NCBI GenBank assembly: GCA_045659745.1
Contig: JAZRCL010000057.1
Location: 138 to 64,137, forward strand
DNA: 64,000 nt
Reading direction: 5' to 3'
Source: Eubacteriales bacterium
Lineage (GTDB): Bacteria > Bacillota > Clostridia > Oscillospirales > CAG-272
The first letter of the stretch is position 1; each line of letters opens with the position of its first letter. The notes below the pieces were generated by a model that worked only from the letters and a program-made list of their open reading frames with translations, was not told where the DNA came from and did not search any database. The position numbers and the translations under genes are program-made. Below, piece by piece: positions 1 through 9,643 of this stretch.

Positions 1-418
1 TACCGTGTTCCTGCGTTATCTTGAAATCAGGCTTTATAAGCTTCATAGCCGAGATGCGTCCAAGACAGACTATCACCTTGGGATTTATGAGCTTTACCTG
101 CTCGCGCAGATAGTCTATGCAAGCCTCCTCCTCGTCGGGACGGGGGTCACGGTTCTGAGGCGGACGGCATTTGAGGATGTTTGCAATATAAACGTCCTCG
201 CGCTTTATGTCGATTGCATAAAGATACTTGTCAAGCAGCTGACCCGCGCGGCCAACGAAGGGCGTCCCCGAAAGGTCCTCCTGCTGTCCGGGAGCTTCTC
301 CCACGAACATAATATCTGCGTTTGTATTTCCCACACCGAATACGCAATTCGTGCGTGTCTTGCAAAGCTCGCATTTTTCGCAGCTCTCACAAGCGGCTCT
401 CAACTCATCCCAAGTCAT
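1..418 (-). CDS. Uracil-DNA glycosylase, family 4 (about 139 N-terminal codons; 3' end lies beyond window start)
   Basis: Own translation of minus strand from ATG at 418: MTWDELRAACESCEKCELCKTRTNCVFGVGNTNADIMFVGEAPGQQEDLSGTPFVGRAG... It has the GEAPG motif and N-terminal Cys cluster typical of family-4 UDG. GGAGG lies 8 nt upstream. It is absent from the ORF track because it is open at the window edge. Confidence 0.85.
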   Translation of the reverse strand, partial: MTWDELRAACESCEKCELCKTRTNCVFGVGNTNADIMFVGEAPGQQEDLSGTPFVGRAGQLLDKYLYAIDIKREDVYIANILKCRPPQNRDPRPDEEEACIDYLREQVKLINPKVIVCLGRISAMKLIKPDFKITQEHG

Positions 419-494
419 ATTAAAACCTCCAAAGGATATTATCTGATACCATTATATCAAAAAACATCCGTGATTTCAATAGGAAAAGCAAATT

Positions 495-1082
495 TTAGAG
501 CGAGCCGAGGACTGATACTGCGTCCTTGCATATCCAATTTCCGTATTCCTGAATATATTTCTCAAAGCTCTCGCTGTTTTCGCGCTTGCCGTATTCAAGC
601 AGAAACGTAAACTTATCAAGCCTTGTATAAGGCGATAGATTTGCGTGTTTAAGTGAGAGAAAATATCCTCCCGAAATATCCGAGTATGCAACACTGTCAA
701 CATCTTTGGCAAATGGTTTCAGGCGTCGGCAGGAAGATATGAGATTATAAAATGTATCAAAAGAATACAGACTTTGATATGTACGGCGCGCGGGTGGAGT
801 TTTTTTCTCGCTTTCTGCACCGATCGTATAATCATCCTGCTCACCTTTAGTGATGAAGAGTTCGCAGCCGCCGTGAGCCGACGTGAAAAGCTGAACGAAA
901 AATCTCTCACCCTCGGTGTCAAAGCCCGTAAGGGTTTTTGCGTCGCTTAAAATGCTTTTAAGTATAGTTCTTGTGGAGAGCTTGGAATAGTCAAACTCGT
1001 CGCCCGAGATATGATAGCGCTGCATATCCTCCTCGGAGAGCATTATTTTAAGTTTATCGTCACTTATTACAATGAGTTCCAT
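495..1082 (-). CDS. mecA: MecA-like adaptor protein (ClpC adaptor / competence negative regulator family)
   Basis: MELIVISDDKLKIMLSEEDMQRYHI... N-domain, and a C-domain ...LYSFDTFYNL...FLLEYGK...IQEYGNWICKDAVSVL that parallels B. subtilis MecA. Start moved to ATG 1082, which has a GGAAAGGA Shine-Dalgarno. Confidence 0.7.
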   Translation of the reverse strand: MELIVISDDKLKIMLSEEDMQRYHISGDEFDYSKLSTRTILKSILSDAKTLTGFDTEGERFFVQLFTSAHGGCELFITKGEQDDYTIGAESEKKTPPARRTYQSLYSFDTFYNLISSCRRLKPFAKDVDSVAYSDISGGYFLSLKHANLSPYTRLDKFTFLLEYGKRENSESFEKYIQEYGNWICKDAVSVLGSL

Positions 1083-1179
1083 AAAAATCCTTTCCAGCCT
1101 ATTGCATAGGCTTGTATCCACACTAATATTATAATACATTTCAGTGGGGATTGTAAGTCCTAAAATATTGGTAATTTTG

Positions 1180-1208
1180 TTGACATAACCTCTCGTATTT
1201 GTTATAAT
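1180..1208 (+). promoter_or_regulatory. Sigma-A type promoter TTGACA-17-TATAAT for the helicase gene
   Basis: TTGACA at 1180-1185, 17-nt spacer, TATAAT at 1203-1208, about 37 nt upstream of the GTG start. Confidence 0.6.
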
Positions 1209-1244
1209 AATCTTGTATTATTCTATGAAAGGCAGGGCATTGGT

Positions 1245-3662
1245 GTGAAATACAGTCTTGAATACGACCATATAGAAATATGTGCAGACCAGCTCTGCTT
1301 TGATATATTTGGAAGACGTGACCTTGATGGCTATGCGGCAAGGGAATACACCTCGGCGACAAAGCTCAAGCGCGGAGTTGCCCCTCGACTTGCGTCCGCT
1401 ATGGGTGGGGAATATTATATGAACGTATCGCTTACGAACACCTTGCGCCTTGACGACGTATACTATTTTGTAAGCGGAGAATGTGACGGCGTTATCAAAA
1501 AGCCTGACGGCTATTGCGTAGTCGAGATACGCGTGGTAAATAAGTACGGTGCACCACTTGTAAGCGAGGACTTTTATCGCGCAAGGCTGCATACGTTGGC
1601 GTATTTTTTGTGCAGACAAAAGGACGTGGAGAGTGTCGAGCTTTGTATGGCTTCGTACAATACGGAAACCGGCGAGGTGGAACCGTCGTATTCCTACGCG
1701 TCTTTGAATGAGCTTCGCGATTTTTACACTCGAATGCTCGCAAAAATACATCAAAGAGGAAAATTCTTGTCTTATTCTAAAAGGGAAAGAGTCCCCTCGC
1801 TATCTGACGCAGTGTTCCCGTACAGAGGGCTTCGCGACAGTCAGGCGGAGATGATAAAGGAATGCTACCGAGATATACGACACGGCAACAGACTTTTCTG
1901 CCAAGCCCCCACGGGAATAGGAAAGACGATTTCAACCCTTTACCCCTCGATCAAAAGCTTAGGCGATAGGGTAGCCGACAAGATATTTTACCTGACCTCA
2001 AAGGCGAGCATACGCCGAGAGGCGCTTGCGGCGGCGAAAAATATGCGCTCGCACGGTGCAAATATATACACCTGTGTGCTTTCCTCAAAGGAGCAGAGCT
2101 GTATCTGCGAGCAGGCAAAGGCGAGCGGCGGCAGGGTGTCATCGTATTGCAGGAGTGATATATGCCCTTATGCAAAGGGGTATTACGACAGAGTCGAGGG
2201 AGCGATATTTGAGCTTATAGAGAACGGGTTTGAGTTTGACCGCGCCGATATTCTGCGCGTGGCGAAAAAGCATCGCGTTTGTCCTCACGAGCTGTCGCTT
2301 GACTTGTCCGAGCTTTGCGACGTTATAATTTGCGACTATAACTATATCTTTTCACCCACAGTCTATCTCAAGAGATATTTTGCGGACGGCAGTCGCGGTG
2401 AGAAATATATTTTTCTTATCGACGAGGCGCACAATCTGCCCGACAGGGCAAGAGATCTGTTTTCCGCAAAGCTATCCAGCGGTGAGCTTGAGCGGGTCTG
2501 CGAGTGCTTGAGTGAGAACTCAACTCTCCTGCCCGAGATCGACGGGGTTATTTGCGAGCTTGAAAAGCTTGAGAGGCTTTGTGAGGACAATATACGCTAC
2601 GATCATAATCAAAATAAAATAGGATATTATATAGGTAAGCAAATTCCCGAGCATCTGTCCGAAAAGCTTGCGTCCTGCCAGAAGGCGTGCGAGAGGTGGC
2701 TCAAATATAATTCGGACAGCCCCGCGTATCATAAAATTGAGGAATTACACTCCAAAATACGCGAATATAAGGTTTCAGAGGAATGCTTTGGAGACAACTA
2801 TCTCGTATTTATAAACACTAACAATCACGACGTTGAGATATTGCTCTATTGCCTTGATCCGTCAAGCCTTTTAGATTCCGCGCTAAACCGTGCTTGCTCT
2901 TCGGTGCTTTTCTCGGCAACACTCACACCTACAGAGTATTTTGCCGACATTCTCGGCGGTGGCAAAAAGGGAGTATCGGTCAGCTTCCCGTCACCGTTCC
3001 CGCCCGAAAATCTCTGCGTGGCGGCGGTGGACACTGTCAGCACACGATACGAGGACAGAGAAAAATCCTACGCTAAAATTGCGTCCTGTGTGGCGGCGAC
3101 CGCTTCCGCCCGTGCGGGCAACTATATAGTTTTTCTGCCGTCGTACAGCTTTATGGAAAAGGTCGCGGAAAAATTCTCCGCAAAGTACCCTAAAGTCAAG
3201 ACCATATTGCAGAAAAAGGGAATGTCCTACCGTGACCGCGAGGAATTTCTGGAGTTTTTCCAGGATGACAACAAGCTCCGCATAGGTTTTTGCGTTATGG
3301 GAGGACAGTTCTCTGAGGGAATAGACCTGCCCGGAAACAGACTTATCGGCGTTATAGTGGTCGGTGTAGGATTGCCGGGACTTTCAAACGAGCGCAACAT
3401 AATGCGGGATTACTATGAGGAAAAATGCTCGCAGGGGTATGATTACGCGTACACCTTCCCGGGCATGAACAGCGTGCTTCAGGCGGTGGGCAGAGTTATC
3501 CGTCGTGATAGTGATAAAGGAATTGCCGTTCTCATTGACGACCGCTATTCCGAGCCCAAGTACAGAGAGCTGTTTCCACATGAGTGGAAGAACATAAAAT
3601 ATGCAGGAAATTCCTCCTCTCTTGCAGAAATTGCGAGGAGATTTTGGGAAAGTCAAGGGTAA
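1245..3662 (+). CDS. XPD/DinG-family Fe-S ATP-dependent DNA helicase with extra N-terminal domain
   Basis: Walker A CQAPTGIGKT, DEAH box (LIDEAHNL), four-Cys cluster CICEQ..(15)..C..(4)..C between motifs I and II, and a helicase C-terminal domain (QFSEGIDLPG..., VGRVIRR). GTG start. Confidence 0.85.
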   Translation: MKYSLEYDHIEICADQLCFDIFGRRDLDGYAAREYTSATKLKRGVAPRLASAMGGEYYMNVSLTNTLRLDDVYYFVSGECDGVIKKPDGYCVVEIRVVNKYGAPLVSEDFYRARLHTLAYFLCRQKDVESVELCMASYNTETGEVEPSYSYASLNELRDFYTRMLAKIHQRGKFLSYSKRERVPSLSDAVFPYRGLRDSQAEMIKECYRDIRHGNRLFCQAPTGIGKTISTLYPSIKSLGDRVADKIFYLTSKASIRREALAAAKNMRSHGANIYTCVLSSKEQSCICEQAKASGGRVSSYCRSDICPYAKGYYDRVEGAIFELIENGFEFDRADILRVAKKHRVCPHELSLDLSELCDVIICDYNYIFSPTVYLKRYFADGSRGEKYIFLIDEAHNLPDRARDLFSAKLSSGELERVCECLSENSTLLPEIDGVICELEKLERLCEDNIRYDHNQNKIGYYIGKQIPEHLSEKLASCQKACERWLKYNSDSPAYHKIEELHSKIREYKVSEECFGDNYLVFINTNNHDVEILLYCLDPSSLLDSALNRACSSVLFSATLTPTEYFADILGGGKKGVSVSFPSPFPPENLCVAAVDTVSTRYEDREKSYAKIASCVAATASARAGNYIVFLPSYSFMEKVAEKFSAKYPKVKTILQKKGMSYRDREEFLEFFQDDNKLRIGFCVMGGQFSEGIDLPGNRLIGVIVVGVGLPGLSNERNIMRDYYEEKCSQGYDYAYTFPGMNSVLQAVGRVIRRDSDKGIAVLIDDRYSEPKYRELFPHEWKNIKYAGNSSSLAEIARRFWESQG

Positions 3663-3759
3663 ATTTAGAAATTTTGCAAAATTTCAAATTTACTCTTGCT
3701 TTTTTTGTCTGTTTATGCTATAATACAAAAAGTATATTTTCATTATTTGGAGAGCGCCA

Positions 3760-5037
3760 ATGAATTACATAGAAATGACCAAAGAACAGCTTGTCTGCGA
3801 AAAGGCAAGTCTTGAAGCTCAATATAAAGCCATCTGCGAGCAGAAGCTCTCCCTTGACTTGTCACGTGGCAAGCCAAACTCCGAGCAGCTTGATCTGTCA
3901 GACGGAATGCTCACCTGTGTCTCCGTTGCGGACGGATATACCACCGAGGCGGGCTTTGACTGCAGAAACTACGGGCTTTTTGACGGAATTCCCGAGGCGA
4001 AAGCTCTGTTTGCCGACCTTTTAGGCATACCTCAAAATTATATATTCGTGGGAGGAAGCTCATCTCTCAACCTTATGTACGACGCAGTTGCGCGCGCTAT
4101 GCTTTACGGTGTTTTTGGCAGCGAGAAGCCTTGGTGCCGAGAGGAAAAGGTGAAATTTATCTGCCCCGTGCCGGGATATGACAGACACTTCAAGATTACC
4201 GAGTCGCTCGGTATTGAAATGATAAACGTTAATATGACGCCCACAGGTCCCGATATGGACGCGGTTGAAGCACTTGTAGCTGACCCGACAGTGAAGGGAA
4301 TTTGGTGCTGTCCTAAATACTCCAACCCTGACGGAATTACGTATTCCGACGAGACTGTAAAACGCCTCGCAGCTATGAAGACCGCCGCCCCCGACTTCAG
4401 AATTATGTGGGATAACGCTTATGCGGTACATGATTTCTGCGATAAGGGAGATGTTCTTCTTGATATTTTTGAGGCTTGCAAAGAGTTTGGTACAGAGGAC
4501 AGAGTTTTCTACTTCGCTTCCACCTCCAAAATAACCTATTCGGGCTCGGGTGTGGCTATAATCGCTGCAAACGAGAATAATATGAAGCAGATAAAGTCGA
4601 TTATGACGGCGCAGACAATAAGCTTTGATAAGATAAACCAGCTCCGTCACGTAAGATTTTTCGGCAACGCCGACGGCGTACGCGCTCATATGAAAAAGCA
4701 CGCCGAAATTCTCGCCCCCAAATTTGCGCTCGTTCGCGAGCGACTTGAACGCGAGTTAACCCCCGTCGGAATAGGCAGATGGACCAATCCCCGCGGCGGA
4801 TATTTTGTAAGTCTTTTCACTCCATGTGGCTGCGCAAAGAGAACCTTTGAGCTTTGCAAGACGGCGGGAGTCACGCTTACCACGGTCGGCGCGACATACC
4901 CCTACGGCAATGACGAGAACGACAGTAATATCCGTATAGCTCCCACCTACACGACTATGGAGAGCCTTAGCTCTGCTATGGATGTGCTCACCCTCTGCGT
5001 AAAGCTCGCGGCGGTTGAAAAATTACTTGAAAATTAA
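3760..5037 (+). CDS. PLP-dependent aminotransferase (class I/II fold)
   Basis: 425 aa. Has LSRGKP...LDL N-terminal motif, WDNAY and [13 protein letters not shown] (candidate PLP-lysine) blocks. GGAG Shine-Dalgarno. Confidence 0.75.
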   Translation: MNYIEMTKEQLVCEKASLEAQYKAICEQKLSLDLSRGKPNSEQLDLSDGMLTCVSVADGYTTEAGFDCRNYGLFDGIPEAKALFADLLGIPQNYIFVGGSSSLNLMYDAVARAMLYGVFGSEKPWCREEKVKFICPVPGYDRHFKITESLGIEMINVNMTPTGPDMDAVEALVADPTVKGIWCCPKYSNPDGITYSDETVKRLAAMKTAAPDFRIMWDNAYAVHDFCDKGDVLLDIFEACKEFGTEDRVFYFASTSKITYSGSGVAIIAANENNMKQIKSIMTAQTISFDKINQLRHVRFFGNADGVRAHMKKHAEILAPKFALVRERLERELTPVGIGRWTNPRGGYFVSLFTPCGCAKRTFELCKTAGVTLTTVGATYPYGNDENDSNIRIAPTYTTMESLSSAMDVLTLCVKLAAVEKLLEN

Positions 5038-5041
5038 AGCA

Positions 5042-5065
5042 CAGGGCGGTTTTACCGCCCTGTTT
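5042..5065 (+). terminator. Hairpin terminator after the aminotransferase gene
   Basis: cagggcgg-tttta-ccgccctg stem-loop followed by a short T run. Confidence 0.55.
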
Positions 5066-5079
5066 GAACAAGGAAGATT

Positions 5080-6048
5080 ATGAAAAATAAACCTACTCAA
5101 TCCGCTACCAACCCGTACAAAAACAGCGATACAAACAAGCGCTATTATACCTATGATTATTGGCTCAAGCGAACCTTTGGCGGTAAGTGTATGAAGATAC
5201 CGATAGATGCTGGATTCACCTGTCCGAATATTGACGGAAAATGCTCGGTCGGCGGTTGTATATACTGCTCCCAGAGGGGAAGCGGAGACTTCGCGCAGAC
5301 GGCAGATATTCCCGTGACAGAGCAGTTTGAAATGACTAAAAATCAGCTTTCGTCAAAGTGGAAAACAGATAAATATATACCTTATTTTCAGGCGCACACA
5401 AACACCTATGCGCCGCTTGAGAAAATAAAGGAAAAGATTGAGCCCGTGATGAACGTCGATGGTGTTGTTGGGCTGAATATCGCCACCCGCGCGGACTGCC
5501 TTGAGGATGACGTTGTGGAGTACCTTTGCGAGCTTGCAGAGAGAACTGTTCTCACCGTTGAGCTTGGTCTGCAAACCATACACGACAAAACGGCAATGCT
5601 CATAAACAGAGGGCATACCTATGAGGATTTTCTCAGCGGTTACAATAAGCTTCGCGCCGCATCGGATAAAATAAATATCTGTGTTCATCTCATATTCGGT
5701 TTGCCTGAGGAGAGTGGGGAGGATATGCTTGAGTCGGTCCGGGCGGTTTCCGCGCTTGCCCCTGACCAGGTAAAACTTCATCTGCTTCACGTGCTGAAAA
5801 ACACCCGTCTATCTGATATGTATCTTTCGGGAGAATATCAGCCTATGAGTATGGAGGAATATGTTGACGTAGTAGCAAAAGCCTTGACTTATCTGCCTGA
5901 GAGTACCGTGGTGGGAAGACTTACAGGTGACGGTATGCAGTCCGAGCTTTTAGCTCCCGATTGGAGCAGAAAAAAGACAGTTGTAATAAACAGCATAGAC
6001 AAAAAGATGTATGCGGAGAATCTGTGGCAGGGAAAGAATAAAGAGTAA
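5080..6048 (+). CDS. Radical SAM protein, TIGR01212 (YhcC-like) family
   Basis: IPIDAGFTCPNIDGKCSVGGCIYCSQRGSGDF signature near the N-terminus, and about 320 aa length typical of the family. Confidence 0.85.
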   Translation: MKNKPTQSATNPYKNSDTNKRYYTYDYWLKRTFGGKCMKIPIDAGFTCPNIDGKCSVGGCIYCSQRGSGDFAQTADIPVTEQFEMTKNQLSSKWKTDKYIPYFQAHTNTYAPLEKIKEKIEPVMNVDGVVGLNIATRADCLEDDVVEYLCELAERTVLTVELGLQTIHDKTAMLINRGHTYEDFLSGYNKLRAASDKINICVHLIFGLPEESGEDMLESVRAVSALAPDQVKLHLLHVLKNTRLSDMYLSGEYQPMSMEEYVDVVAKALTYLPESTVVGRLTGDGMQSELLAPDWSRKKTVVINSIDKKMYAENLWQGKNKE

Positions 6049-6250
6049 AAAATTCAATACAAAGATCAAAATTGACAGTATCGTGGAAAACCACGCGAAT
6101 AATAGGCGCGCAAAGGTAAATATCCACAATTTATACTTGTTAATTTTGGTCTTTTTGTTAATTTACAATCTTTTCGTATTATGATATAATTACATTAAGA
6201 GCGGAGTATGCACACTCCGCACAAATATTTTCTAAAAGGAGAAAAAGAAA

Positions 6251-8743
6251 ATGAAAAAGATTATTGCTACAGTTCTTGCAGCTGTAATGATTCTCTCTAT
6301 CCTTGCTACTCTCGCTGTTATTCCTGCAGCGGCAGCTGATGACAAGGAAGCAGGTGATTGGGCAGTTTACACTGATCCCGGATCATATAAGGACGAGGGA
6401 GGCGAATATCTCTACGATTATAGCGATCCCACCACCTCCGATATGGATATCCCCGGATATGAATATACCGATGAGGGCTTCAAGGTATCCGGAGAGTATA
6501 CAACAGAGGGCGTTAACACAAAGCCCCGTATCCAGATCACCACTAAGGAAAAGCAGAACCTCAAAAAGGGTATTTCTATGACGGTTGAGGTAACAGGATT
6601 CAAGGCAGACCCCGGAAGCGACAGATGGTTCAGCTTCTATATCTGGGATCAGCCCAACCCTGCTCAGGGTAACGTAACCGGCGAATTCGGCCAGGGCTAC
6701 GCTTCTCTTAACAGATGTACCGTTATTCAGAACTTCATTTCTGACCAGGCGTTCTATGACTGGACAGGAACTATGTCTGACCCCGGTTCACCCACCGCTC
6801 CTTGTACATGGTCCTTCCTTTCTGACAAGGCAACAGCGGGAACAGTTCACGCTACTAACCCCGATGAAAACGGTGTATACACACTCACATTGGATCTTAT
6901 TTACGATTCCGCAACAGATTATTATACCCTCTACAATCAGGGTATTCAGGTAACTCCCGTAGAGGTTGTTAACAACTATTTCCACCAGAGATTTGCTGAC
7001 GGATATGCATACGTAGGATTTGGTCTGTTCAACTCCGGCTCGGATTGCACAACTACAGTTACTATCACTGAGTTCAACGGCGAGAAGCCCACAGGTACAG
7101 ATAAGGCTGATCAGGTTTACAATGCAGAGCCTATGGGTCCCATGATCGATACCTCTACACTTGATCCCAGCGCTCCCGCTCTTCTCTTCAATGCAAAGAA
7201 CGAGAAGAAGGAATTCGAAAAGGATGCTTACATGCATACTTGCGACGGAACCTACGTAGCTAACCTTCACGACGGCTCCTTTAGAATTTACCCCGAAAGC
7301 CATACTAAGGTAACATACTTCAGCATGTCACCTGATAACGATTATACTTACGAAGCATCCGATTTCCCCTATGCAGCAGTACTTTTCAGAAACTTCTGTA
7401 ACTGTCAGCAGTTTGAGGGTATGGACTATGCGTGCGAAGGTAAGTACGGTCATACGCTCCAAAGCGTATACTATTGCTCCGGCGCTAACACCTCTCCCGG
7501 AATGAACTGCAGAATTGATCTTGAGCCTCAGGTTGAGGAGTACGAGGATTACTACGGAAACACCTACCAGCTCTTCCTTGTAGACTTCTCCCTCTTCGGT
7601 CCCGACTGGCAGGGAAGAATCAACCTCTTCAGAGTTGACGTACAGTATACTGAATATATGCTCAGCGATGAGGATACAAACTTCTTTGACCTTTGCTATA
7701 TTGCTTTCTTCCAGACAGAAGAGGCAGCATTGAATTATGCTGCAAACTATGCTGAGGAATACGAGCCCTGCGCTCACGACGGTGAGATAATAGTCACTCC
7801 CGAGGTTCCCGCTCAGTGTACCGATACAGGTTGGAGAGAAACCCAGCAGTGCGCTGTTTGTAACCAGTACCTCGTTCCTAAGAAGAGATTGCCCGCTCTC
7901 GGACATAGCTATACTCCCTCTGAATACATAGCTCCTACATGTACAGAGGTTGGTAGAGAAGCAGGTCAGGAATGTACTCGCTGCGGACTTAACAGTTCCA
8001 TGGGTATCGATGCTCTCGGACACGTTGAGATTTATGCATCTGACGACGAAGCACACTGGATCGCTTGTAAGAGAGACGGCTGTGATTATGCAAAGAATCC
8101 CGAGCCTCACACTATTGGTGAAAACGACGTATGTACAGTTTGTGGACATGGTTGTCCTCACGCTAGCACCGAGTGGAGCACCACAACAGGTGCAACCTGT
8201 ACGACTCCCGGCTTGAAGAGCGAGATTTGTAACGACTGCGGAGCTACTGTTAACTCCGAAACCATTCCCGCTCTCGGACATACCGAGGAAGTATTGCCCG
8301 CAGTTGATCCCACATGTACTGACGCGGGTAGAACAGAGGGTAAGCATTGTGCTGTTTGTAAGGCTGTAACAGTTGTTCAGGTTATCATTCCTGCTCTCGA
8401 TCACACTGAGGAAGAGATTCCCGCAGTAGATGCTACATGTAAGGATACAGGTCTCACAGCAGGTAAGAAGTGCACAGTATGTGGCACTGTAACTGTTGAG
8501 CAGACAGAAACTCCTGTGACAGCTCATACATACGACAACGATACAGATGCAGACTGTAACGCTTGCGGTGAGAAGAGAACAATCGCAACTCAGCCTCCTG
8601 TAGACAACACTCCCAATGAGGGTGGTGACAACGCTGGCGGCGAGGAAGAGAAGGGATGCGGCTCCGTTATCGGACTTGGCGCATTCGCAGTTATCGCAAC
8701 CATCGGTCTTGCAGGTGTTGCTTGCTTTAAGAAAAAGGACTAA
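6251..8743 (+). CDS. Secreted cell-surface protein with Cys-rich ALGH repeats and a C-terminal hydrophobic anchor
   Basis: Signal peptide MKKIIATVLAAVMILSILATLAVIPAAAA|DD. Repeated (P)ALGH-x(10-12)-TC(T/K)-x-x-G-x(5)-C-x-x-C modules (aa 507-773). C-terminal GCGS + 22-aa hydrophobic helix + KKKD. Strong Shine-Dalgarno AAAGGAG. Confidence 0.8.
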   Translation: MKKIIATVLAAVMILSILATLAVIPAAAADDKEAGDWAVYTDPGSYKDEGGEYLYDYSDPTTSDMDIPGYEYTDEGFKVSGEYTTEGVNTKPRIQITTKEKQNLKKGISMTVEVTGFKADPGSDRWFSFYIWDQPNPAQGNVTGEFGQGYASLNRCTVIQNFISDQAFYDWTGTMSDPGSPTAPCTWSFLSDKATAGTVHATNPDENGVYTLTLDLIYDSATDYYTLYNQGIQVTPVEVVNNYFHQRFADGYAYVGFGLFNSGSDCTTTVTITEFNGEKPTGTDKADQVYNAEPMGPMIDTSTLDPSAPALLFNAKNEKKEFEKDAYMHTCDGTYVANLHDGSFRIYPESHTKVTYFSMSPDNDYTYEASDFPYAAVLFRNFCNCQQFEGMDYACEGKYGHTLQSVYYCSGANTSPGMNCRIDLEPQVEEYEDYYGNTYQLFLVDFSLFGPDWQGRINLFRVDVQYTEYMLSDEDTNFFDLCYIAFFQTEEAALNYAANYAEEYEPCAHDGEIIVTPEVPAQCTDTGWRETQQCAVCNQYLVPKKRLPALGHSYTPSEYIAPTCTEVGREAGQECTRCGLNSSMGIDALGHVEIYASDDEAHWIACKRDGCDYAKNPEPHTIGENDVCTVCGHGCPHASTEWSTTTGATCTTPGLKSEICNDCGATVNSETIPALGHTEEVLPAVDPTCTDAGRTEGKHCAVCKAVTVVQVIIPALDHTEEEIPAVDATCKDTGLTAGKKCTVCGTVTVEQTETPVTAHTYDNDTDADCNACGEKRTIATQPPVDNTPNEGGDNAGGEEEKGCGSVIGLGAFAVIATIGLAGVACFKKKD

Positions 8744-8773
8744 TTTCTGATTAGTTTAACAAATAAACAAAAA

Positions 8774-8806
8774 TCGGAGGATGCCTCGGCATCCTCCGAC
8801 TTTTTT
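8774..8806. terminator. Bidirectional intrinsic terminator between convergent genes
   Basis: tcggaggatgc(c)-loop-(g)gcatcctccga stem flanked by an A run and TTTTTT. Confidence 0.8.
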
Positions 8807-8812
8807 ATTAAG

Positions 8813-9631
8813 TTAAGAGTTAAGCTCTGTGGGAGCCTCCGTGTGAGCCTCCGTGGGCTTGGTAGATACGGGATATTCCTTGTATCCGTGAGTTCTTATG
8901 TATTCGAGCATTATTTTGTAGCCGTCTGCGTTTGGTGAGCCGCCGTCCTTGTTTGCATACTTCTTGGGGAGATTGCCCGATGAGTCCTTAAGGGCTTCTG
9001 CGGTGTTGATAAAGCGGATATTCAACTCCTGTGCGAGCTCGCATAACCACTTGTTGCAGGTGTCTATTTTTTCATTTGATATCTCACTGTTTCTGTGCTG
9101 ATATTTTGCTGACACTGGAAGTATGGATTGGATTATTATCTTTGTGCCAGGAGAGTTTTCCTTGATCGTGTCTATAAGCTTTTTGTAGTATTCGCAAAAG
9201 GCATTTTTGTCGCAATAGGGAACACCGTTCTCAAGCCCCAAGGTTATTACAAGATACCTTGGCTTTTTTGTTTTAAGCGATTGTGCGAGGAGCATCTCCT
9301 CATCTGTTTCGGGGAGAATTATTGTTGCTTTGTCGATATTGTAATCGAGCTTCAGCGTTCCGTCCTTGCCGGTCCAGACCTGATTTGAGTCAACTCCGTT
9401 TTCCAAAACTCCGCTGCTAACCATATTCTGACTTGTAAAGTCGCCGAGGAATATCAGATTATTTATATAATTCTGACCGTAATCGGGAGTGGATTTCAGA
9501 GTCGCCTCGCTCTCTGAGATATTAAAATCCTTGTCCTTTTTTATCAAGGTGGCGAGACACACCGCAGCGATTATCGCCAGACACAGCGCGGCAAGCAGGG
9601 AGATTATAATTACTTTCGTTGTTTTTTTCAT
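8813..9631 (-). CDS. Membrane-anchored SGNH/GDSL-family hydrolase
   Basis: N-terminal TM helix, block I-like LIFLGDFTS and later ITLGLENG blocks. Size and layout fit SGNH esterases. Identification from motifs only. Confidence 0.6.
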   Translation of the reverse strand: MKKTTKVIIISLLAALCLAIIAAVCLATLIKKDKDFNISESEATLKSTPDYGQNYINNLIFLGDFTSQNMVSSGVLENGVDSNQVWTGKDGTLKLDYNIDKATIILPETDEEMLLAQSLKTKKPRYLVITLGLENGVPYCDKNAFCEYYKKLIDTIKENSPGTKIIIQSILPVSAKYQHRNSEISNEKIDTCNKWLCELAQELNIRFINTAEALKDSSGNLPKKYANKDGGSPNADGYKIMLEYIRTHGYKEYPVSTKPTEAHTEAPTELNS

Positions 9632-9643
9632 TTTATTTCAATC

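Noticed and set aside
5-610. 201-aa plus-strand ORF at the window start
   Set aside because: It lies antisense to a well-supported family-4 UDG reading frame (GEAPG motif, Shine-Dalgarno, ATG at 418). Its sequence has no recognisable motif and no ribosome-binding site.
1225-1248. 7-codon upstream ORF (MKGRALV) whose TGA overlaps the helicase GTG start
   Set aside because: It has no Shine-Dalgarno and begins about 10 nt from the predicted transcription start. It is most likely fortuitous. The AAAGG...GGG stretch within it is better explained as the helicase ribosome-binding region.
7328-8527. 399-aa minus-strand ORF
   Set aside because: It is antisense to the Cys-repeat surface protein gene. 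Its repetitiveness mirrors the sense-strand repeats. It has no start context.
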